From the NCBI GenBank assembly GCA_017883165.1, contig JADGOC010000004.1, positions 1 through 59,613 on the forward strand: a DNA stretch of 59,613 nt. Reading direction: 5' to 3'. The notes under the pieces were generated by a model that was not told the origin of the DNA, did not search any database, and saw nothing but the letters and a program-made list of their open reading frames with translations. Source of the DNA: Acidobacteriota bacterium. GTDB taxonomy: Bacteria > Acidobacteriota > Vicinamibacteria > Vicinamibacterales > CAVVIG01. The position numbers and the translations under genes were made by a program. Positions 9,402-19,750 of this stretch are shown here, one piece after another. Numbering within the stretch: position 1 is the first letter of the stretch; the number at the start of each line of letters is the position of its first letter.

Positions 9402-10282
9402 TTCGTACTTTCTCGCAGGGCCCCAGCCCCGCTCGCCGATGCCATCGCGCGCGTCGCCATCAGCCGCGTCGAGCCCGGCGGCAGGCCGCCGGCAGCCGCC
9501 ACGGCGATGGCCGTTCCGTTCTGGCCATCGACGATCACCACATCGTCGACGCCGCGGGCCAGCGCGTGCTCGCACGCGCGCAGCTTGGCGATCATGCCGG
9601 CCGTCGCCGTGCCGTTCGCGACCATCCGCTCGATGTCGCTCGATTCGACGAGTGGCACCGTCGCGCCGTCGTCGCCGCGCACGCCGGGCGTCGTCCCGGC
9701 GATGACGAACCGCCGCGCGCCGAGGCGTGCGGCGAGGTGGCCGGCCAGCGTATCGGCGTTGACGTTGTAGAGCTGTCCGTCTTCGCCGATGCCGATGCTC
9801 GCGACGACGGGAATGAACCCGCCGGCGAGCAGGGTGTTCAGCAGCCGCGCGTCTGATTGATCGATCGGCACGCCGACCCGTCCGAGATCGACCGTGCGGC
9901 CGTCCGCGCTCGTGTGCGGCGCGGCGCGGCGCGACAAGCCGCACCGCGCGTCGGCGCCCGTCAGGCCGACCGCGGCGACGCCTGCCGTGTTCAGCGCGGC
10001 GACCAGCCGTGTATTCACCGTTCCTCCGAGCACCGACACCACGACGTCCAACGTCGCGGCGTCCGTGACGCGCAGGCCGTCAACCTGGCGCTTCTCGATT
10101 CCCGCCGCCTTCAGCGCCGCGTCGATTTCGCGTCCGCCGCCGTGCACGATGATGACGGGGACGACCGGCGTCTGGCTGGCCATGACGGCGATCGCCTCGA
10201 CAATCGTGCGCAGCCGCGCCGGCTCTTCGAGTAGCTCGCCGCCGAACTTGATGACAAGCGGTCGGGTTGTCATCGGCCTCAC
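9398..10282 (-). CDS. argB: acetylglutamate kinase
   Basis: VIKFGG, VHGGG, GLRVTD, NVNAD, GMIAKL. Confidence 0.95.
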   Translation of the reverse strand: MRPMTTRPLVIKFGGELLEEPARLRTIVEAIAVMASQTPVVPVIIVHGGGREIDAALKAAGIEKRQVDGLRVTDAATLDVVVSVLGGTVNTRLVAALNTAGVAAVGLTGADARCGLSRRAAPHTSADGRTVDLGRVGVPIDQSDARLLNTLLAGGFIPVVASIGIGEDGQLYNVNADTLAGHLAARLGARRFVIAGTTPGVRGDDGATVPLVESSDIERMVANGTATAGMIAKLRACEHALARGVDDVVIVDGQNGTAIAVAAAGGLPPGSTRLMATRAMASASGAGALRESTK

Positions 10283-11340
10283 AACAACCCCGTTCGTTCG
10301 TCAAGGCCCAACATCACGTTCATGTTCTGGACGGCTTGCCCGGCGGCGCCTTTGACGAGGTTGTCGATCGCCGATACCAGCACGGCGCGTCCCGACGGGT
10401 CGACGCGCCAGCCGATGTCGCAGAAATTCGTGTGCGCGACATGCTTGATTTCGGGCAGCGCCGATCCGTTCAGCCGGACGAACGTCGCGTCCGCATACGC
10501 GCGCTCGTAGATCTCGGCGACCGCCGCTTCGCCCCGGCCTCCGCTCGTCGCGTCAGGCTGGAGCCGGACGTAGATCGTCGCGAGGAGCCCGCGATCGAGC
10601 GGCACCAAATGCGGCACGAACGTGACCGGCCCGCCGACACCCTGCTCGATCTCCGCGCCATGCCGGTGGTTGAAGACGCCGTAGGCCGAGACGCTGCCGT
10701 GGCACTCCGAAAAATGCGTGCGCTCCGACGGCGTCTTGCCGGCGCCCGAGACGCCGGACTTCGCGTCGACGATGATGTCCGAGCCTGGGGCGATGAGTCC
10801 GGCGGCGACCAGCGGCGCGAGAGCCAGGAGGGTCGCGGTCGGGTAGCAGCCCGGATTGGCGACGAGCCGCGCGCGCGCGACGGCGGCCCGCTCGAGCTCG
10901 GTCAAGCCGTACGCGACGCCGTCAGGCAGCCGGTGCGTCTCCGGATACCAGCGGGCGCGCACGGCCGCGTCGCGCAGCCGGAAGGCGCCCGACAGATCGA
11001 CGACGCGGACGCCCGCGTCGACCAGACCCGGCGCGAGCTCGGCGGCGGCCGCATCGGGCAGGGCGAGGAAGACGACGTCGGCCTCGCGCACGAGCGTGTC
11101 GGAGGCGAGCGGCGTGATGTCGCCGCGCCACAGGCGCGCGAGCGCCGGCAGCCGGCGCTCGGCGCCATTGACTCCAGGGGCGCCCGACGACATCGCAGCC
11201 GTGATCGTCACGAGCGGATGACGCGCGAGCAGCCGCAGCAGCTCCTGGCCGGCGTAGCCGGTGGCGCCGGCGATGGCCACCCGGGCGACGCTGGACGCGT
11301 GTGGCTGATGCGCCCCGATAGACTGAACGGCCGTATGCAT
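10279..11340 (-). CDS. argC: N-acetyl-gamma-glutamyl-phosphate reductase
   Basis: GATGYAG, ANPGCYPTA, SGVSGAG, IDNLVKGAAGQAVQN. Confidence 0.97.
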   Translation of the reverse strand: MHTAVQSIGAHQPHASSVARVAIAGATGYAGQELLRLLARHPLVTITAAMSSGAPGVNGAERRLPALARLWRGDITPLASDTLVREADVVFLALPDAAAAELAPGLVDAGVRVVDLSGAFRLRDAAVRARWYPETHRLPDGVAYGLTELERAAVARARLVANPGCYPTATLLALAPLVAAGLIAPGSDIIVDAKSGVSGAGKTPSERTHFSECHGSVSAYGVFNHRHGAEIEQGVGGPVTFVPHLVPLDRGLLATIYVRLQPDATSGGRGEAAVAEIYERAYADATFVRLNGSALPEIKHVAHTNFCDIGWRVDPSGRAVLVSAIDNLVKGAAGQAVQNMNVMLGLDERTGLL

Positions 11341-11403
11341 CGGAAAGCATATTTATACACAATAAGCGAGGGGACGCAACAGAAATCGATGTATAATCAC
11401 TCG
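11336..11403. promoter_or_regulatory. ARG-box-like operators in the divergent argC/argR promoter region
   Basis: AGCATatttATACA (11346-11359), TGCATcggaAAGCA (11336-11349) and TGTATaatcACTCG (11390-11403) resemble TGMAT-N4-ATKCA; overlap -10-like hexamers. Confidence 0.6.
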
Positions 11404-11413
11404 TCCCAACCTG

Positions 11414-11866
11414 ATGAAAGCGCGCCGCCAAGCCTCGATTCTCGATATCGTCGACCACGAGCCGCTCCACAGCCAGGAGCAACTCCGCCGCCGGCTGCAT
11501 CACAATGGCTTCGACGCCACGCAGGCGACGATCTCGCGCGACATCAAGGAGCTCGGCCTCGTCAAGCGCGCCGGCGACGGCGCGTATCAGCGGCCGGGCG
11601 TCGATACGACGAATCCGGAGACGGCGCTCGCGGCGCTCGAGCGCGCGGCCGCCGAGTTTCTCCGCCGCGTCGAACGGGTGCAGCAGCTCGTCGTCATCCG
11701 CACCGGCGTCGGGCAGGCGCAGCCGCTGGCGATTGCGATCGATCGCGCGCAGCTCCCCGAGGCGGTCGGCACCATCGGCGGCGACGATACGATTCTGCTG
11801 ATCGCGCGCGACGCGCGCCGCGCGGCGACGCTCGTCAAGCGGCTCGAACGCTACGCAGGCAAATAA
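11414..11866 (+). CDS. argR: arginine repressor
   Basis: SQEQL, TQATISRDIKEL, GTIGGDDT. Confidence 0.96.
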   Translation: MKARRQASILDIVDHEPLHSQEQLRRRLHHNGFDATQATISRDIKELGLVKRAGDGAYQRPGVDTTNPETALAALERAAAEFLRRVERVQQLVVIRTGVGQAQPLAIAIDRAQLPEAVGTIGGDDTILLIARDARRAATLVKRLERYAGK

Positions 11867-11876
11867 GGAGAGGGTG

Positions 11877-13112
<1,236 letters not shown>

Positions 13113-13145
13113 ACAATATGACTGACGACTTGCGACTTGCGACTG

Positions 13146-14528
13146 ATGACTAATCTCTGGTCGGGCCGCTTCGACACCGCGCCCGACGCCGAAACCTTCG
13201 AGTTCGGGTCCTCGTTCCGCTTCGATCGCCGTCTTTTTGAAGACGACGTGACGGGGAGCGTCGCGTGGGCTCGCGCTCTCGGGGCGGCGGGCGTGCTCCC
13301 GGGCGACGAGGCGCGTCAGATCGAGACGGCGCTCACCGAGATCCTCGAGCGCGGACGGATCGATCCGTCCTTTGTCGACGGTCCCGACGAAGACGTCCAC
13401 AGCTTTGTCGAGCGGCTGCTCGTCGAGCGTCTCGGCGACGCGGGCCGGCGCCTGCACACCGGCCGATCGCGCAACGAGCAGGTGTCGGTGGACCTGCGGC
13501 TGTATCTCCTTCGCCGCATTCCGCTCCTGCAGCGAAGCCTGGGTCGAGTGGTCGCGGCGCTGGCCGCCCAGGCCGCGTCGGCGGGCGATGCGCTGATGCC
13601 GGCCTTCACGCACCTGCGGCCGGCGCAGCCGGTGCTCGTCGCGCACTTTTTTCTCGCGCATGCGGCGGCGCTGCGGCGCGATCACGCGCGGCTGCATGCC
13701 GCGCGTGACGAGAGCGACGCGCTGCCGCTCGGATCGGGCGCCATCGCCGGCACGAGCTACGCTGTCAACGTCGAGGCGCTCGCGCGCGATCTCGGCTTTT
13801 CGCGCGTGGTTGCCAACAGCATCGACGCCTCGTCGGACCGCGACTTCGCGGCCACGTTCATGTACGCCTCCGCGCTCACCATGGTGCATCTCAGCCGCCT
13901 CGCGGAAGACCTCGTCATTTTCTGCGGAGACGCACACCGCTTCTTCGAACTCTCCGACGCGCTCAGCACCGGCAGCAGCATGATGCCGCAGAAGAAGAAT
14001 CCCGATCCGCTCGAGCTCGTGCGCGGCAAGACCGGCCGCGCCATCGGCCATCTCGTCGGCCTACTGACCACGATGAAGGGGCTGCCGAGCGGCTACAACA
14101 AGGATCTGCAGGAAGACAAACAGTCGGTGTTCGACACGGAAGACACCCTCGCGGGGTCGCTCGCGGCCGTCCGATCCGTCGTCCACGGGCTGACCCTCAA
14201 TCGCGAGCAGGCTGAAGCGGCCGCATCGGGCCTGCTCCTGGCGACGGACGTGGCCGACTATCTGGTGGGCCGCGGCGTGCCGTTCCGTCGCGCGCACGAA
14301 ATCGTCGGCGCGCTCGTGCGCAAGCTCGTCGCCGAGCGCCGGGAGTTCGGCTCGCTGTCGCTCGAGGAATGGCGGGCCTCGAGCGATCGGTTCGACGCGG
14401 ACGTCGTCGCACGGGTGACGCCGCGAGTCTCGGTCGGTGCGAAGCGGACACCGCAGTCGACCGCGCCCGGCGCGGTGCAGGCGGCGCTGGAGGATGTGCA
14501 GCGGTGGGCGATCCGCGCGGCCGGATAA
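13146..14528 (+). CDS. argH: argininosuccinate lyase
   Basis: LWSGRF, LHTGRSRNEQ, TGSSMMPQKKNPD, YNKDLQEDK. Confidence 0.97.
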   Translation: MTNLWSGRFDTAPDAETFEFGSSFRFDRRLFEDDVTGSVAWARALGAAGVLPGDEARQIETALTEILERGRIDPSFVDGPDEDVHSFVERLLVERLGDAGRRLHTGRSRNEQVSVDLRLYLLRRIPLLQRSLGRVVAALAAQAASAGDALMPAFTHLRPAQPVLVAHFFLAHAAALRRDHARLHAARDESDALPLGSGAIAGTSYAVNVEALARDLGFSRVVANSIDASSDRDFAATFMYASALTMVHLSRLAEDLVIFCGDAHRFFELSDALSTGSSMMPQKKNPDPLELVRGKTGRAIGHLVGLLTTMKGLPSGYNKDLQEDKQSVFDTEDTLAGSLAAVRSVVHGLTLNREQAEAAASGLLLATDVADYLVGRGVPFRRAHEIVGALVRKLVAERREFGSLSLEEWRASSDRFDADVVARVTPRVSVGAKRTPQSTAPGAVQAALEDVQRWAIRAAG

Positions 14529-14655
14529 TCCCGGCAGCAATATCAGCCCGGTTCGGAAGCCCCGGACGGGGCTCTTGCCACCATGGAAGAAGCTCTGTTA
14601 AGATGTCGGTCGCCTTTCGCCATTCTTCCCCCGCCAGAGGTTCCTTCGGGAGATT

Positions 14656-15402
14656 TTGATGCAGCAGCGCCAGCTTCGGCTTGGTGACGTTCTGGACGAT
14701 TACTGTCCGCGGGAGCGCCGCGTCACCAACCACGCGATTGTCGCCATGATCGGGCCGGACGTGAAGCAGACGCGCTGCACGACGTGCGACACCGAGCACG
14801 AATACAAGCACGCCAAAGTGCCCCGCCAGCGCAAGAAATCGGATACACCCGCGGCGTTGTACGCGCAGGTGCTGGCCAACGGGCCCAAGCGCGTCGCGCA
14901 CGAACCGCCTCCGGGAGCCCCGGGAAACGATGACGAGAGCCACGCGGAATCGCCCGTGACCCCAGGGGCCGCCACGCCGCACACCGAGCCCATCGCGGCG
15001 TACGCGTCGCCGCCGGAGCGTCCGGCGTCGGTCGCCGAGAAAAGCGAAGGCGGCGCGGAGGAATCCGAGTCGCCAGAGCACGAGGTGGAAGAGGGCCCCG
15101 TTCATCGTCCGCTGATTCGCGCGACGCTGCCGCGTCAGGAGGGGGCGCCGCCTCCGCCCCGGCCCGCGCCGGAGTTCACCATTCGCCAACCCGGCGGCCG
15201 CCAGAACCGGTTCCGCCCGCGGCCCGGACGCGGTCCGCAGCAGTTTCAGGGCAACCGCTCGGGTGGCGGCGGCAACGGGAACATGGGCGGCGGCGGCCCG
15301 CACCGCGGCGGGATGTCGCGTCAGGGTGGCGGACGTCCGCCGCAGGGCGGGATGACGTCGCGTCTCGGGCGAAACGGTCCGGGACGGAAGCGATCAAAGT
15401 AA
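14656..15402 (+). CDS. hypothetical protein, N-terminal Zn-ribbon-like domain and disordered Pro/Gly/Arg-rich tail
   Basis: YCPRE...NH...RCTTC..EH; TTGCCA-N18-TAAGAT promoter and GGGAG RBS upstream. Confidence 0.75.
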   Translation: MMQQRQLRLGDVLDDYCPRERRVTNHAIVAMIGPDVKQTRCTTCDTEHEYKHAKVPRQRKKSDTPAALYAQVLANGPKRVAHEPPPGAPGNDDESHAESPVTPGAATPHTEPIAAYASPPERPASVAEKSEGGAEESESPEHEVEEGPVHRPLIRATLPRQEGAPPPPRPAPEFTIRQPGGRQNRFRPRPGRGPQQFQGNRSGGGGNGNMGGGGPHRGGMSRQGGGRPPQGGMTSRLGRNGPGRKRSK

Positions 15403-15429
15403 TTAGGAATTAGGAAGTTAAAATTAGGA

Positions 15430-15431
<2 letters not shown>
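15400..15431 (+). repeat. AATTAGG heptamer repeat
   Basis: aattaggaattaggaagttaaaattaggaat. Confidence 0.7.
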
Positions 15432-16199
<768 letters not shown>

Positions 16200-16203
<4 letters not shown>

Positions 16204-16901
16204 CCCCACTCCTCGATTCTGATCTGGCCGCGCGCGACGCCCAGTTCCTGTAGCAGCTTCGTCGTCTCGTCCACCAGCGTCTGCGGGCCGCAGATGAAAC
16301 ACAGCGTCGCCGGATCGTGAACGAGCGGCTGCAGCTCGGCGCGGCCGATGCGGCCGCGGCCGCCCTTCCACGACACGTCGCCGCCGGTGCGCGTAATCGT
16401 CTGGCGCAGATCGATGCGGCCCTCCCGCGCCAGGGCGCGCCACTCGGCCTCGTACGCGAAGTCGTCGGGTGTTCTCGCGCTGTAGACCAGCCCGATCTCG
16501 CGGTGGGGCATCGCGAGCGCGTGGCGGAGCATCGCGCGCAGCGGCGCGATGCCGGTGCCGCCGGCGATGAACAGAAAGCGGCGCTCCGCGGGATCGGCCG
16601 GGAACGTGAAGCTGCCCATCGGTCCGTCGACATCGACGAGCGCGGCCGGCTGCAGCGTCAGGTGCGGACCCGGCACGCCCCGTTCGTCCACGCCGACGAG
16701 CAGCTCAATCCAGCCGTCGCGCCGCGTGTCCTCGGGCGCTGCGGCGATGGAGTAGGGCTTCGACGTCGCGGATCCGTGCGCGCCGACGTACACCGCCTGT
16801 CCCGCTTCGTAGGCGAACGCGCGGCCGCCGAGGTCGAGTCGGACGATGCGTGCGCGTGGGGTGGCGGGAAGAATCTCCAGGATCGAAAGCGTCAGAGGCA
16901 C
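16200..16901 (-). CDS. FAD/NAD(P)-binding ferredoxin-reductase-like oxidoreductase
   Basis: KPYSIA, GPMGSF, IAGGTGIAP, ICGP, C-terminal EEWG. Confidence 0.88.
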
Positions 16902-16920
16902 GGGGGAATTATGCTATCCC

Positions 16921-17154
16921 ATGGCCTTGCGACGCGCTCGCGGAATGCTGCTCCGGCTCGCTCGGCAGCCGCGGGCGGCGATCGCGGTCGGCGTGGCGCT
17001 GGCCGCGCCCGCCGTGTGGCTCGAGTTCGGCAGCCATGTCGACGCGTGGTGGATTGACGGGTTGAGCCTGATCCTGCTCGCGACCGGCCTCGCGCTCATC
17101 TGGACGGGCCTGACCGGCGTCAGCCCGGATTGGGTCGACGACGACGACCGGTGA
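16921..17154 (+). CDS. small two-TM membrane protein
   Basis: Two hydrophobic segments; ATG 5 nt after a TATGCT hexamer. Confidence 0.65.
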   Translation: MALRRARGMLLRLARQPRAAIAVGVALAAPAVWLEFGSHVDAWWIDGLSLILLATGLALIWTGLTGVSPDWVDDDDR

Positions 17155-19662
17155 CTACAGAACCCCCGTCGCGGCCCGTTGCACGTCAACCTCCGACAGG
17201 CTTACCGACGTGCTCGACGCCGGCCGCGCCGGCTGCTCGTCAAGGAATGTCCGGCCCGACACCTGGCGCTTGCGACGCGACTTGTCGCGATACATGCGGC
17301 TGTCGGCGGTCGCGAGCAGCGTCTCGTAGGAATCGCCGTCGTGCGGGAAGATCGACGCGCCGACGCTGATCGCGAGCGGCAGCCCTTTGCCCGGCCGCGG
17401 CTCGAACTGCAGATGATCGACGGCCCGCTGCAGCTCCAGGCGCTTGCGTTCGGCTTCCTCCGCGCCGCACCCCGACAGCACGACGATGAACTCGTCGCCG
17501 GCGTAGCGGACGCAGATGTCGTACGGCCGGATCGCGGCGCGCAGGACGCCGGCCACTTCGCGCAGCGCGCGATCGCCGACGTGGTGGCCGTAGGTGTCGT
17601 TGATGTCCTTGAAGTTGTCGAGGTCCATGACCAGCAGCGACACCTCCGCCTTCAGGCGCTCGGCGCGCGCCAGCTCGCGCGTGAGGTGCATGAACATGAA
17701 TCGCGTGTTCGGCAGCCCGGTCAGCGGATCGGTGAGTGAATCTTCCTGCGTCTGCTCGAACACGATGGAGTTGTAGATGACGGCCGCGGCCTGCTCCGAG
17801 ATCCGGTCGAGCAGCCGGCGGTGATCGTCGGTGTAGACCGACGGTTCGGTGTGGTAGACCGAGATCGTGCCGATGAACCGCTCGTTGAAGACGAGCGGGC
17901 AGACGAGCGCCGATTGCAGCGTCGTGGTGTCGGACGGGACGCCGGCCGCCTCGAGGTCGGTGCTTGGCCGCGCGTTGACGAGCGGCCGCCGGTTGCGCGC
18001 CACCCAGCCGGTCAGGCCGTGCCCGCTCTTGATCGTCAGCTGCTGAATGACGTCGGCTTCGATGCCGGTGGCGAACCGGCAGCGCAGCGACTCGCTCTCG
18101 TCGTTGTAGAGGAACAGCGCGCAGCACGAGAACGGCACGATGTTGCTCAGCTTCGACGAGATGAGCGCCATCGTGTCCGCGACGCCGAGGCTGCTGCCCA
18201 TCGCCTGCGCGATTTCGTACAGCGCGTAGATTTCTCGGTGCGCGAGGGCGATGTCCTGGAAGACGTTGGTCTGGGCCGCCGATTCGGTGACGAGACCCAC
18301 CGCCGGCCGCGCCGCCGGCGCGTGCTCGGGTACGCGCGTCAGCTGCCGGGACGGCCGCTGGCTCGCTTCCGCTTCCGCGGCCAGCATCGGATACATTTCG
18401 ATGAACGTCGTCACGACGCGCGGGTCGAGCGCCTTGCCGCTTTCCTGGCGCAGGAGGCCGATCGCGGCGTCGAAGCTCATGGCCTTGTGGTACGGCCGCT
18501 CGGACATCAGCGCGTCGAAGTAATCGACCACGGAGAGAATGCGCGCGCCGAGCGGAATCTCGTCCGCCTTGAGTCCGCTCGGGTAGCCTTTGCCGTCCCA
18601 CCGTTCGTGGTGGCTCAAGATCAGCGGGGCGACGGGATAGGGGAACGGCACGCCGCTGATGATCTCGGCCCCGACCTGCGGGTGGATGCGAATCTTCTGG
18701 AACTCTTCCTGCGTCAGCGGCCCCGGCTTCGACAGAATGTGCTCGGGCACGGCGAGCTTGCCGATGTCGTGCAGCAGCGCCGCCGTCTTGACGCCCTGGA
18801 TCTCGGTGTCCGACATGCCAAGCGCTTGCGCGAGACCCGCGGCGTACACCTGCACGCGGCGGATGTGGCTCTGCGCGGTCTGATCCTTGGCGTCGATGGC
18901 GAGCGCGAGCGCTTCAATGGTCGCGAGGTGGAGATCGGATACCTGCTCCACGTGCCGCTGCTCGTCCTGCACCCGTCCGAGGTAGACCTTGTAGGTGCGG
19001 TAGGTGAGGTAGAGCGGCGCGGCGGCGAGCGACGCCATCCAGTAGCCGCCTTTGTCGACGACCGACGCGCCGATCCCGGCTGCCAGGGCGCCGACGAAGT
19101 AGCTCGGCGCGCTCCAGAGAAAGTTCTCGTTCCACACGCGCGCGATCGACTGCTTGGTGGACAACCCGATCGCGGTCGCGATGAACGCGGTGTTGCAGAT
19201 GAAGTATGCCGTGGCGGCGCCGACGAGCGGCTTGGGCACGTCCCAGAGGTTGAACGCGTGGCCCGGCGGCGTGCCGTTGAACGCCTCGTAGACGAGCCCC
19301 GCCGCTTTCACCGTCAAGACGAGCGACGCCATGCTGTACAGCGTGCGATACGCCGGGTTGCGCGTCGTCATGCGGAACGTGCACTGACTCCAGGCGCTGG
19401 CGGCCGCGACGATCATGGTTTCGTTGGCGCCGAGCAGCAGGAGCGCCGCGAAGTCCACGGCGTAGGACACCGACATTGACGAGCCGCTCTTGGTGAGGGG
19501 GAGGCTGACCTTCAGCGCCGAGGCGAGCGACGAGAAGAGCAGCAGCGCAACAAAAAGCGCGGGATCGCCGATGGTATGCGGGACGAACGCCACCAGCACA
19601 ACCAAGCCGGCGGCCAGCACGGCTCCAACGTACAGCCGTGCACCAATGGGAAGATCCTGCAT
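17155..19662 (-). CDS. membrane HD-GYP + GAF + GGDEF cyclic-di-GMP enzyme
   Basis: Multi-TM N-terminus; LLHDIGK, HHERWDGKGYP; GAF-like segment; DPLTGLPN, DNFKDINDTYGH, RYAGDEF. Confidence 0.93.
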   Translation of the reverse strand: MQDLPIGARLYVGAVLAAGLVVLVAFVPHTIGDPALFVALLLFSSLASALKVSLPLTKSGSSMSVSYAVDFAALLLLGANETMIVAAASAWSQCTFRMTTRNPAYRTLYSMASLVLTVKAAGLVYEAFNGTPPGHAFNLWDVPKPLVGAATAYFICNTAFIATAIGLSTKQSIARVWNENFLWSAPSYFVGALAAGIGASVVDKGGYWMASLAAAPLYLTYRTYKVYLGRVQDEQRHVEQVSDLHLATIEALALAIDAKDQTAQSHIRRVQVYAAGLAQALGMSDTEIQGVKTAALLHDIGKLAVPEHILSKPGPLTQEEFQKIRIHPQVGAEIISGVPFPYPVAPLILSHHERWDGKGYPSGLKADEIPLGARILSVVDYFDALMSERPYHKAMSFDAAIGLLRQESGKALDPRVVTTFIEMYPMLAAEAEASQRPSRQLTRVPEHAPAARPAVGLVTESAAQTNVFQDIALAHREIYALYEIAQAMGSSLGVADTMALISSKLSNIVPFSCCALFLYNDESESLRCRFATGIEADVIQQLTIKSGHGLTGWVARNRRPLVNARPSTDLEAAGVPSDTTTLQSALVCPLVFNERFIGTISVYHTEPSVYTDDHRRLLDRISEQAAAVIYNSIVFEQTQEDSLTDPLTGLPNTRFMFMHLTRELARAERLKAEVSLLVMDLDNFKDINDTYGHHVGDRALREVAGVLRAAIRPYDICVRYAGDEFIVVLSGCGAEEAERKRLELQRAVDHLQFEPRPGKGLPLAISVGASIFPHDGDSYETLLATADSRMYRDKSRRKRQVSGRTFLDEQPARPASSTSVSLSEVDVQRAATGVL

Positions 19663-19731
19663 TAACCGCCCCAGACGAACTTGGGGCGCACGCGATCAAC
19701 GGCTGGGGGAGCCGTACCGCGCATACTATCA
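19663..19731 (-). promoter_or_regulatory. extended -10 promoter and two-hairpin 5' leader
   Basis: TGaTAGTAT (19731-19723); hairpin acggct-CCCCC-agccgt (19715-19699); hairpin cgcccca/tggggcg (19688-19667) covering the likely RBS. Confidence 0.55.
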
Positions 19732-19750
19732 CTCAACAGAAGCGGGACTT

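Noticed and set aside
19663-19716. c-di-GMP riboswitch upstream of the HD-GYP/GGDEF gene
   Set aside because: No GEMM features (GCAAA, GNRA tetraloop and receptor); only two simple hairpins
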